From the NCBI GenBank assembly GCA_045599825.1, contig JAZRWR010000113.1, forward strand, positions 3,938-67,937: a stretch of DNA of 64,000 bases, given 5' to 3'. The notes beneath the pieces are model-generated. The model ran no database searches. It worked only from the letters and a program-made list of their open reading frames with translations, and was not told where the DNA came from. This DNA is from Bianqueaceae bacterium. Its GTDB lineage: Bacteria; Bacillota; Clostridia; Lachnospirales; Bianqueaceae. Of the stretch, positions 12,536 through 20,685 are shown piece by piece. The position numbers were made by a program, and so were the translations under genes. How positions within the stretch are numbered: position 1 is the stretch's first letter; each line of letters opens with the position of its first letter.

Positions 12536-13105
12536 TTAGTGAGCTTCAGGGGAGTCCGCGGCGATGACGGGGGGCTCCCCGGTTTTTACATAGTGACGGA
12601 CGGCCGCGAAGGCCGCTTCTTCGCCCTGCTGCGCCAGCACGGTCAGGAGCGCCTCCAGCTCGTCCGAGCTGGTCGGGTCGATAAAACGCGTGGCCTTTCC
12701 GCGAAGGAAATATTCGAGCGGGTGCCGGTCGCTGTAATTTTTCCCTTGATAGGTCTTGCTGGCGGCGACGCGGTCGCAGAACATTTCGGCAACGTAGCGG
12801 GCGGGCATGCGCACGGGCATCACACGGTGCTCGACGGGATTGTAATCGGTCCAGTATTCGAAATGGTGACGGTTGCGACCCTTGTGATGCAGCCATGCCT
12901 TCGAATAGCCGTAGTCCCTGCGTTCGCCCTCATTCGGGCTGCGCGTGCCGGTCCAGTAGCGCGCGCCGGGGATGAATTCGACGGGCGCATATTTGGATAG
13001 ATCGTGCAGGAGCCCCTGCCAGCCGATGCCGCAGTGAAAGCAGTGCCGGATGACCGCGTGGCGGTGCCGGGTAATGGTCTGAAAATGCTTAAAAGGATGT
13101 GACAT
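12536..13105 (-). CDS. DUF5662 family protein (often mis-annotated as catalase)
   Basis: Blocks present: KHFQTITRHRHAV, GLLHDLSKY, GYSKAWLHHKGRNRHHFEYW. Start set at ATG 13105 (MSHPF), because the listed longer ORF overlaps the upstream gene and is Arg/Leu-rich. Confidence 0.6.
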   Translation of the reverse strand: MSHPFKHFQTITRHRHAVIRHCFHCGIGWQGLLHDLSKYAPVEFIPGARYWTGTRSPNEGERRDYGYSKAWLHHKGRNRHHFEYWTDYNPVEHRVMPVRMPARYVAEMFCDRVAASKTYQGKNYSDRHPLEYFLRGKATRFIDPTSSDELEALLTVLAQQGEEAAFAAVRHYVKTGEPPVIAADSPEAH

Positions 13106-13116
13106 AGCCGTTTTTC

Positions 13117-13860
13117 TTAAAAGTAATATTCTTTGTAACGGTAGTAGACGCCGGTGCCGCCCCAGCGGAATTTGTCCGCAAGAAGGGTGCGCAGCAGAAA
13201 ATCGTCGGAGCCGTTCGGAAGCTTTACGATTTTGAAGGCCTCCGCATAGGGGAAATTTTCGGAGAAGCCGTTGACCTTGGCGTAGGCGGCGTGCCCGCGC
13301 AGGGCCGAGGCGACCTCTTTTTCGTACCAAAGGGCTTCGTCACCGACCGGAGAACCGCTGAAGTGTGCCAGCACCTCGCCCACCGTGTCCATCACGGAGC
13401 TGATATCGACCGTGATATCGGGCATGCCGAAGAAGCAGCCGCTCTGCAGGGGGCCGACCTCGTATGCGTAGACCTCACGGCAGCAGGAGCCGGCGCGGGT
13501 CAGGGCCTCCAGCTGGGCCTTTGCGCAGTGCACGTGCTCTGTGTGGTTGTCGCGCGGCCACATGATAAAGGCGATGTCGGGCTGAACGCGGGCGATCATT
13601 TTCGTGTAGGCGGCGACGCTTTCCTCATCGAAGCGGATGGCGTCGCGGGCGGGCACATACTCGCACAGCTTTTCCTTGAGGCCGAGCAGGGTGAGGCTGT
13701 CGCTTTTCTGCTCGGAGCCGTCTAAGGACTGATGATAGCGGCTGGTGAGCCAGCCGAGCGTGACCTCGCAGCCGGCATCGGCCAGAAGCTTGGCCGTGCC
13801 GCCGCAGCCGTATTCCATATCGTCGTTGTGGACGCCGAGAATGAGGACCTTAGGCTTCAT
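13117..13860 (-). CDS. PIG-L/LmbE family deacetylase
   Basis: The N-terminal VLILGVHNDDMEYGCGGT matches the PIG-L (A/V)H.DD.E..GG zinc-binding block. An HTEH motif lies downstream. Confidence 0.75.
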   Translation of the reverse strand: MKPKVLILGVHNDDMEYGCGGTAKLLADAGCEVTLGWLTSRYHQSLDGSEQKSDSLTLLGLKEKLCEYVPARDAIRFDEESVAAYTKMIARVQPDIAFIMWPRDNHTEHVHCAKAQLEALTRAGSCCREVYAYEVGPLQSGCFFGMPDITVDISSVMDTVGEVLAHFSGSPVGDEALWYEKEVASALRGHAAYAKVNGFSENFPYAEAFKIVKLPNGSDDFLLRTLLADKFRWGGTGVYYRYKEYYF

Positions 13861-14512
13861 GTTCCTGCTCCTTGATGAAGGCGATCATCCCGTAGAAGAA
13901 GCTCACCAGCGAGGCGCTGATGAGGAGGGCGCCGACAACGTCGGTGAACCAGTGGACACCGCACAGGAAGCGGAAGAGGACGGAAATGAAGGTCAGGCCG
14001 TAGCAGGCCAGGAGCAGCAGGTTGCGGAGCTTCACGTTCTTCACCCGGTTGAGGATCATCGGAACGGAGGAGAGGAAGAGCACGCACGCTAAAATCGTAT
14101 GGGAGGAGGGATAGGAGGGATCCAGCCCGTCTTCCGTGAGGACGGGACGGTAATTGACCGCGACGATATTGAAGAAGCCGTAGAAGCAAAGCGCCAGCGC
14201 AAAGACGATGCCAAGAGCGATGATATCCTTGTCGACCTTTACCAGGCGTCCGCGCGTGATGAGCTGATACAGACCGAGCAGGAAGTAGAGGACAGCGATC
14301 AGAACCGCCAGATATCCGAGGTACTTGGTCAGCTTGTAGAGGAGCTCAAAGGGCTTGGGCGTTAAGAGCTTGTTGAGCGCGGCGAAGCCGACCTCCGAGC
14401 CCTCCGGGCCGATGGGACGGACATCCACCAGCTTCAGCAGCAGGGTGAAAATGACGAAAACGATTAACAGAAGAGCTGAAGTCAGGAGCAGATCCTTGCA
14501 TTTCTTTTTCAT
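13850..14512 (-). CDS. PAP2 superfamily phosphatase (membrane)
   Basis: PAP2 motifs SYPSSHT and CGVHWFTDVVGA are present in a multi-TM protein. Confidence 0.75.
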   Translation of the reverse strand: MKKKCKDLLLTSALLLIVFVIFTLLLKLVDVRPIGPEGSEVGFAALNKLLTPKPFELLYKLTKYLGYLAVLIAVLYFLLGLYQLITRGRLVKVDKDIIALGIVFALALCFYGFFNIVAVNYRPVLTEDGLDPSYPSSHTILACVLFLSSVPMILNRVKNVKLRNLLLLACYGLTFISVLFRFLCGVHWFTDVVGALLISASLVSFFYGMIAFIKEQEHEA

Positions 14513-14528
14513 GAGAAAATCCTTTCTT

Positions 14529-14999
14529 TCAGAGAGATAAGGGGCGGCCGTTCAGGGCAGCCTCGGCGAGGGTCTCGCCCTCGTAGCGGAGCTTCAGGGA
14601 GAAGAAGGGAGCCTCCTCGTCCAGAAGCTTTAAGAATATTTTGTCACCCTCCCATTGCGGAAGGGCCGCAAAATCGGCTTTGTCCACCCAACAGGGGACG
14701 CCTTCATCGCAGTCGCTCAGACTGCCCGTAAAGCCGTCGGCGGTGAAGAGGTGCATGTATTCGCCCTCCCAGCGGTCGGAGACGAAGGTGACCAGGCCGC
14801 GGTAGCGGTAAGCGGTAAGGGTGAGGCCGGTTTCTTCTTTGACCTCGCGCAGGAGGCAGTCCTCGGGGCTTTCGCCTTCCTCGAACTTGCCGCCGACGCC
14901 GATCCACTTGTCGCGGTTCAGGTCGTTTTCCTTTTTGATGCGGTGCAGGAGCAGCACCTCCTGTCCGCGGTAAATATAGCAGAGGGTCGAATTGATCAT
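14529..14999 (-). CDS. NUDIX hydrolase (MutT / 8-oxo-dGTP diphosphatase-like)
   Basis: Nudix box GVGGKFEEGESPEDCLLREVKEETGL is present. Start set at ATG 14999 (MINSTLCYIY), because the listed upstream extension is Arg-rich. Confidence 0.8.
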   Translation of the reverse strand: MINSTLCYIYRGQEVLLLHRIKKENDLNRDKWIGVGGKFEEGESPEDCLLREVKEETGLTLTAYRYRGLVTFVSDRWEGEYMHLFTADGFTGSLSDCDEGVPCWVDKADFAALPQWEGDKIFLKLLDEEAPFFSLKLRYEGETLAEAALNGRPLSL

Positions 15000-15262
15000 T
15001 TGCGCAGGAAGAAGAACCACAGGGCGGCCAGCTGAACCAGAAGCCCCAGGATGTTGACGGCCCAGAAGTACCAATGCTTGGTCTTGTGACGGAAGAGCTT
15101 CATGCCGAGGAGCGCGCCGACGGCGCCGCCGAAGAAGCCGAAGCCCAGAAGCACCGATTCGCGGATGCGCCACTTGTTCTTCTGCGCCTTGCGCTTGTCA
15201 ATGCCGTAGAGGAGGAAGGCGATGACGGACATCACCGCGAGAAAAATCAAATAGTAAACCAT
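14996..15262 (-). CDS. DUF1294 domain membrane protein
   Basis: YGIDKRKAQKNKWRIRESVL..GFFGGAVGALLGMKLFRHKTKH is the characteristic DUF1294 block. Confidence 0.75.
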   Translation of the reverse strand: MVYYLIFLAVMSVIAFLLYGIDKRKAQKNKWRIRESVLLGFGFFGGAVGALLGMKLFRHKTKHWYFWAVNILGLLVQLAALWFFFLRK

Positions 15263-15277
15263 GGGAAATCCTTTCTG

Positions 15278-16213
15278 TTATAGCCATTTTTTCTTACGGA
15301 AATATATGAGGCAGCCGACCGCGATGAGCAGGCTGACGCACAGCACAACGGGATAGCCCCAGCGCGTCTCCAGCTCGGGCATGTACTTGAAGTTCATACC
15401 GTACCAGCCGGTAATCAGCGTCAGCGGCATGAAGATGGTCGAAACGACGGTCAGGATGGTCATGATGCGGTTCTGCTTGACATCCATCTGGGAGTTGTAC
15501 AGATCGCGCACCAGATTGGACTGCTCGCGCAGGGAGGCAATGATACCCTGCAGACGCGTGAGGCGCTCCGAAATCATGCGGAAATAGCGCAGATTTTCCT
15601 CCCGGAAGAACTCGTTCTCGTTTTCCTCAAATTCCTGGCTGACGTCCTGCAGCTGCTGGTAGTGCGTGAGGAGGTCCGAGAGCTCGCTGCGGATGTCCAG
15701 GACCCGCGGAAAGAGCTCGTCGTCAATATCGTTGGCCAGGATGCGGGACTCCATCTGATCCAGCTCTTTTTCGTACTTGTCCAGGTACTTCAGGTCGTCG
15801 ATGATGATGCTTTCCATGAAGTCGTAGAGGAAGCGTTCGAGGCTCGGGATGCGCCACTTCTTGGTGGAGCGGATACGCTCGATGATGCGCCGGGCGCTTC
15901 CGGCCTCGTCGTCGATGAATACGATGCCGTGCTCATCCAGGGTGAAGGGGAAGTTGATGTCAGGCCCGAAGACGTCATCGCGGTTCGGAATGTTGAAGGA
16001 GCCGGTCAGGGAGTCGTAGTTGACTTCAGCCTTGCTGATGCCGTGGCGGTCGAGATCAAGGTCAAGGTCGATGACCATGTCGAAGAAGTCGCGGTGGGTG
16101 TCGAATTCTGCGGCGGAAACGGCGGCGACATATGCGGAATCGCCGTGGCGGACCGCCAGGCGGCACTCCTCCAGGGAGGCCTCCTTGAGGTTCTGGTTGA
16201 TAAGATAATACAT
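15278..16213 (-). CDS. corA: Magnesium/cobalt transporter CorA
   Basis: GWYGMNF signature precedes two C-terminal TM helices. Start set at ATG 16213, which is preceded by AAAGGAG. Confidence 0.85.
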   Translation of the reverse strand: MYYLINQNLKEASLEECRLAVRHGDSAYVAAVSAAEFDTHRDFFDMVIDLDLDLDRHGISKAEVNYDSLTGSFNIPNRDDVFGPDINFPFTLDEHGIVFIDDEAGSARRIIERIRSTKKWRIPSLERFLYDFMESIIIDDLKYLDKYEKELDQMESRILANDIDDELFPRVLDIRSELSDLLTHYQQLQDVSQEFEENENEFFREENLRYFRMISERLTRLQGIIASLREQSNLVRDLYNSQMDVKQNRIMTILTVVSTIFMPLTLITGWYGMNFKYMPELETRWGYPVVLCVSLLIAVGCLIYFRKKKWL

Positions 16214-16217
16214 ATGG

Positions 16218-17450
16218 TTACTCCTTTTGAGGGAGAGAGTCGGCGGTCTTTGCATCGGCAAGGCGGTAGAGCTCGAAGGGCTGCATCAGCACATTGAAGC
16301 CGGTGATGATGAACTCGAAAAGAGAATCCGCAGCAAGGGCTACGGCCAGCGCGCTGTCCGGAATGCCCAGCTGCAGGAAGAGGATGGCGTAATTGTTGAG
16401 TCCGCCGCCGGGGACAGGCGGAATCGCGAAGGCAAGCATGACGCAGAGCACGAGCTCGGAGAAGAACCACAGGGGCGAGCAGACGAGCCCGTAGTTCAAT
16501 GCGAAGAAGCAGGCAACGACCGCCAGGTAGATGACGGAAGCGGGCTTATACATGATCATGCAGAGGGGCAGGCCGAAGCCGGAGAAATCCTCCCCGAGGC
16601 CGAGCTCGGAAAGCGTACGGCGGCTTTCATCGAAGGCGGCAGTGGAGGATGAGGTGGAAAGCGCGATCAGAAAGGGCGGCAGGCAGGCCCGCAGGAGTTT
16701 GACCGGTCCGGTATGAGTGCGGAGCGCGGTATAGAGCCACATGACCAGAAAGGCCAGCAGCGTGGCACCCAGGAACAGAAGAGGCAGCAGCCACAGGGAT
16801 TTCAGCCCGCTCAGGGCATTACCCCAGAACATTTTGAGGACGGCGATAAAAACATAGACCGGCATGATGCGGCTTAAAAAGCCCATGATTTTCTGCAGCA
16901 CCAGGCTCAGACTGTCAAGGACCTTCTTCAGCGATTCGGCTTGCTCGCCGATGAAGAGCATGGCCAGGCCCAGGACGATGCCCAGGAAAATGATCTGCAG
17001 AGTGTTGCCTTCTGCGAAGGGAGAGAAAATATCCTTGGGAACGATGGCCAGCAGCAGGTCAAAGACAGCGGAGGCGGAGGAACCGGCTGTATCGGAGGAG
17101 GCGCTCAGGCTGAGCGGAAGCCGGTAGAGCAGTACCCCGGCCAGGGTGGTGAAGGCGGCCATCAGGAAGCTGATGCCGAAGAAAGAAAGCACCAGGCGGT
17201 TGCCGATTCTGCCGAGACGGCGGGCATCGCCGATGCCGCAGATGCCGGTGGCGACGCACAGGAAGATGAGGGGGCAGGCCAGACTGCTCAGAAAACGGTA
17301 GAAGGTTTGCTGCAGCGGGCTCAGGACCTTATCGGCTGCGGCCTGCGTGAAGGCAGCGGGCAGGAGACGTCCCGATAGTCCGACGGCCACGGCAGCGGCC
17401 ACGGCGATCAGCAGAATCAAAAGCGAGCGCCGGCCGGAAGCTTTTTTCAT
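16218..17450 (-). CDS. Dicarboxylate/amino acid:cation symporter (DAACS/SDF) family transporter
   Basis: Polytopic membrane protein with re-entrant-loop-like segments STSSSTAAF and IPPVPGGG, typical of the GltP/SstT family. ATG 17450 has better spacing to GAGGAGG than ATG 17459. Confidence 0.6.
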   Translation of the reverse strand: MKKASGRRSLLILLIAVAAAVAVGLSGRLLPAAFTQAAADKVLSPLQQTFYRFLSSLACPLIFLCVATGICGIGDARRLGRIGNRLVLSFFGISFLMAAFTTLAGVLLYRLPLSLSASSDTAGSSASAVFDLLLAIVPKDIFSPFAEGNTLQIIFLGIVLGLAMLFIGEQAESLKKVLDSLSLVLQKIMGFLSRIMPVYVFIAVLKMFWGNALSGLKSLWLLPLLFLGATLLAFLVMWLYTALRTHTGPVKLLRACLPPFLIALSTSSSTAAFDESRRTLSELGLGEDFSGFGLPLCMIMYKPASVIYLAVVACFFALNYGLVCSPLWFFSELVLCVMLAFAIPPVPGGGLNNYAILFLQLGIPDSALAVALAADSLFEFIITGFNVLMQPFELYRLADAKTADSLPQKE

Positions 17451-17519
17451 GCCGCACATACCTCCTCTGAAAATATCACTTCATTATAGCGCCAAAAAAA
17501 CAAGAGGTCAATTTTTTTG

Positions 17520-17548
17520 TTGCGAAAACAGAAATTGAGTGTTATTAT
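17520..17548 (+). promoter_or_regulatory. Putative sigma-70-type promoter for the phosphatase/kinase operon
   Basis: TTGCGA (17520-17525), a 17-nt spacer, then TATTAT (17543-17548), within an AT-rich divergent intergenic region. Confidence 0.4.
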
Positions 17549-17584
17549 AAAGTGTATTTTTATCTATATCGAGGAGGACAGCGC

Positions 17585-18328
17585 GTGGTCGATATTCACT
17601 GTCACATTTTACCGGCCGTGGACGACGGTTCATCCGCTCTGTCCGAATCACTGGAGATGGCCCGTCTGGCTGCGGCAGGAGGCACGGATACCGTCGTGTG
17701 CACGCCTCACTGCAATGTCCCCTACGAGCTTCGCGGGAACTTCCGCGGGGCCACGCTGAACGGACAGGTGGACATGCTCCGGCAGGCGCTCCGGGAGGCG
17801 GAGATCCCGCTTCAGCTCCTTTGCGGGGCCGAAATCATGACTACGCCCGAGCTTCCGGAGCTTATCCGCGCGCATCGCCTGCAGACCCTGGCCGACAGCC
17901 GCTACCTCCTGATGGAATTCTTTTTCGATGAGCCGCTCGGCTTTATCGACCGCATGCTCGGAGAGGTGCTGAACGCAGGCCTGGTGCCGGTCCTTGCGCA
18001 TCCTGAGCGCTACGACGCCGTGCAGGAAATGCCCTCCGTGCTGGGAGACTGGTTCGGCGCCGGCATCATTCTGCAAATCAATAAGGGCTCGGTCCTGGGC
18101 CGTCTCGGCAGCGGTGCCGAAGAGTGCTCCCACTGGATCCTGTCCCACGGTCTTGCCCACGTGCTGGCCAGTGACGCGCATTCGTCGGTCAGCCGTACGC
18201 CGCACATGCGGGAGCTTTCCCGCAGTCTGGAGAAGGAAATAGGCCATCGCTATACAAATATTCTGCTTGAGGAAAACCCGCGCCGTATCATTGAAGACCG
18301 GGACATCCTGCGGGCTGAACAGGAATAA
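17585..18328 (+). CDS. CpsB/YwqE-type PHP-family protein-tyrosine phosphatase
   Basis: VDIHCHILPAVDDGS and CTPH / LAHPERY / LASDAHS metal-binding His blocks are present. GTG 17585 lies 5 nt after GAGGAGG. Confidence 0.85.
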   Translation: MVDIHCHILPAVDDGSSALSESLEMARLAAAGGTDTVVCTPHCNVPYELRGNFRGATLNGQVDMLRQALREAEIPLQLLCGAEIMTTPELPELIRAHRLQTLADSRYLLMEFFFDEPLGFIDRMLGEVLNAGLVPVLAHPERYDAVQEMPSVLGDWFGAGIILQINKGSVLGRLGSGAEECSHWILSHGLAHVLASDAHSSVSRTPHMRELSRSLEKEIGHRYTNILLEENPRRIIEDRDILRAEQE

Positions 18329-18339
18329 GAGGATTTTCT

Positions 18340-19143
18340 ATGCGAACACTGGAAAGAGTAACTATCTTGCTGTTTGTGGTCATGCTCCTGGTTTTTGCGG
18401 GAGTCAAGGCCTACAGCTTCATCCGCATTGACCGTACCGCCCCTGTCTTCCACTGCGATTCCGCTGAGCTCGAGGTGAGCATGAGTGCGGACGAAACAGC
18501 GCTTCTGGCGGGCCTTACCGCCACGGATGACCGCGACGGTGACCTGACGGACCAGATCATGATCAAGGGCATCACGCAGCTCATCACCGACAATACGGCC
18601 AAAATCAGCTATATCGTCTTTGATTCCGCCAACAATATGGCAAGCTATACACGCGTTCTGCGCTATACCGACTACGAAAAGCCGCATTTCAGCCTCTCCG
18701 CGCCGTTGGTATTCCCCCTGGGCTCCAGCATCATCCTGACGGAGCGCCTGGGAGCCTCCGACCTGCGCGAGGGCGATCTGACCGGCAATATCTGCATCGT
18801 TTCGCAGAATGTCACCAAGAACATCGAGGGCATTTACAGTGTAACCGTGCAGGTCACGAATTCCCTGGGCGATACCGAAACCCTGGCCCTTCCGCTGGTC
18901 ATCTGCAAGGAGGCCTCCTACGGCCAGATGATCACGCTCTCCGATTACCTGATCTACGTGGAGCAGGGGACCGAGCTTCATCCCGAGGATTATCTGCTGG
19001 CGGCCGCCAACCGCTTCGGCCAGCCGATGTCGACCGAGGTCGTGGAGATCGGCGGCAGTGTGGATACCTCCCGCGCCGGTGTGGGCAGCTTTGTCTACAG
19101 CTATGCGGGTTATTCGGTCTATCTGACCGTTGTGGTGAAATAA
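18340..19143 (+). CDS. Membrane-anchored hypothetical protein with Ig-like (DUF5011-type) repeats
   Basis: N-terminal TM helix. LTATDDRDGDLTDQI is typical of bacterial Ig-like surface domains. Confidence 0.45.
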   Translation: MRTLERVTILLFVVMLLVFAGVKAYSFIRIDRTAPVFHCDSAELEVSMSADETALLAGLTATDDRDGDLTDQIMIKGITQLITDNTAKISYIVFDSANNMASYTRVLRYTDYEKPHFSLSAPLVFPLGSSIILTERLGASDLREGDLTGNICIVSQNVTKNIEGIYSVTVQVTNSLGDTETLALPLVICKEASYGQMITLSDYLIYVEQGTELHPEDYLLAAANRFGQPMSTEVVEIGGSVDTSRAGVGSFVYSYAGYSVYLTVVVK

Positions 19144-19152
19144 GGAGGAGAA

Positions 19153-20685
19153 ATGGCAGAAAACAGAAATGTCCGGTTCAGTCTCTCCGATATCGAACCG
19201 CTTTGCGTTGTCAAAAACCTGATTGAAAAATACTGGCTGATCATCCTGGCCTTTTTGATCGGCCTGATGGCCAGCAATCTGCTTCTGACGGCTATGTCGT
19301 CTCAAAGCTACACGAGCACAGCCACCTTTTCGGTAACGGCGCGCAGCTCCTCCAGCGGCACGGGCAGCTACTATGTCAACGCCAATGTCGCCTCCGAGGT
19401 CGTCAGCATCTATTCCGAGGTCTTTTCCAGCCGTCTGATGACGGACGCCATCCATGAAAATCTGGGCAGCGTCAACGGCACGATCTCGACCGCCGTGCTG
19501 GGCAGCACCAATCTGATCCGCGTCAGCGTCAACAGCCGGAACCCCAAGGATACGCTCCTCATCATGCAGTATATCATCGAGCACTACGCCGATGTCTCCG
19601 AATACGTTTCCAACACGGCTGTGCTGAGTCCGCTGTCCACGCCCAACATCAACGTGGTCGCCGAAAAGTCCTATAATATCGGGAAAAGCAGCCTGCTGGC
19701 CGGTATTGCCGGCGCGCTTCTGATGGTCGTTCTTCTGGTATTCCGTCACCTGAACGAGGACACCATCATGACGCCCGAGGGCGCCAAGAACAAGCTGGAC
19801 GCCAAGGTCATTACCAGCGTTCCTCACGAGACGCAGGGAGGCAGCCGCCTCATTACGTCCAGCAGCCAGCGCCGCTCCGAAATGGGCAAGCGCACCAACC
19901 TTCTGATCACCTCGCCTACCACCAGCTTTACCTTTACGGAGGCCATCCACAAGTGCGCCACCCGTTTCGAAAGCGAATATGACGCCGGCAAGCGCGTCTT
20001 CCTTTTCTCGAGCGTGTCCGAATCCGAGGGCAAGTCCACCATGGCCGCTAATGTCGCCCTTTCGCTGGCGATGCGCGGCGTCAAGGTGCTATTCATCGAT
20101 ATGGACCTCCGCCGTCCCGTTCAGACCGAGCTTTTGGGCAAGAAGATCGCCGAGGAGCAGGAGCTTGGCTACATGCTCAACAACGGCTTCACCTCCCGGA
20201 AGATCCTGGAAAACGTCATCCACGACGAAAAGACCGGACTGGACACTCTGCTGTCCGCGCACACCTACAAGAACATGGTGGAGCTGATCTCCTCCCCCGT
20301 GGTATCGCGGCTGATCAAGCGCGCCCGCGGCGAATACAATTATATCATCATCGACTCGGCTCCTCTCGGATACTTCTCCGACAGTGAGCTTCTGTCCGAC
20401 CTTTCCGACGCGTCCGTCCTGGTCGTCCGTCAGGACACTGTTTCGGCCGCGAACATCAACGACGCCATCGATGACCTGCGCGAGGGCAGGGCGGAGTTCC
20501 TGGGCGTGCTGCTGAATGACATGAACAGCTTCTCCGATGTCAGCGCCAATGCCGGCTACGGCTATGGCCGGGGCTACGGTTACGGCAAGTACGGCAAGTA
20601 CGGGAAATACGGCAAGTACGGCAAATACGGCAAGTACGGCAAGTACGACCGCCCGTCCGCTGAAGGAGAGGAGGCGAAGGCATGA
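19153..20685 (+). CDS. Fused Wzz (PCP) transmembrane modulator / BY-family protein-tyrosine autokinase with a (YGK)n tail, paralog 1
   Basis: Two TM helices flank a Wzz-like loop. Walker A SESEGKST, Walker A' VLFIDMDLRRP and Walker B YIIIDSAP are present. C-terminal tail is GYGYGRGYGYGKYGKYGKYGKYGKYGKYGKY. Confidence 0.85.
   Translation: MAENRNVRFSLSDIEPLCVVKNLIEKYWLIILAFLIGLMASNLLLTAMSSQSYTSTATFSVTARSSSSGTGSYYVNANVASEVVSIYSEVFSSRLMTDAIHENLGSVNGTISTAVLGSTNLIRVSVNSRNPKDTLLIMQYIIEHYADVSEYVSNTAVLSPLSTPNINVVAEKSYNIGKSSLLAGIAGALLMVVLLVFRHLNEDTIMTPEGAKNKLDAKVITSVPHETQGGSRLITSSSQRRSEMGKRTNLLITSPTTSFTFTEAIHKCATRFESEYDAGKRVFLFSSVSESEGKSTMAANVALSLAMRGVKVLFIDMDLRRPVQTELLGKKIAEEQELGYMLNNGFTSRKILENVIHDEKTGLDTLLSAHTYKNMVELISSPVVSRLIKRARGEYNYIIIDSAPLGYFSDSELLSDLSDASVLVVRQDTVSAANINDAIDDLREGRAEFLGVLLNDMNSFSDVSANAGYGYGRGYGYGKYGKYGKYGKYGKYGKYGKYDRPSAEGEEAKA
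20554..20646 (+). repeat. In-frame tandem 9-nt repeat (GGCAAGTAC-like) encoding the Tyr cluster of kinase 1
   Basis: ggcaagtac / gggaaatac / ggcaaatac units are repeated about 7 times head to tail. Confidence 0.9.
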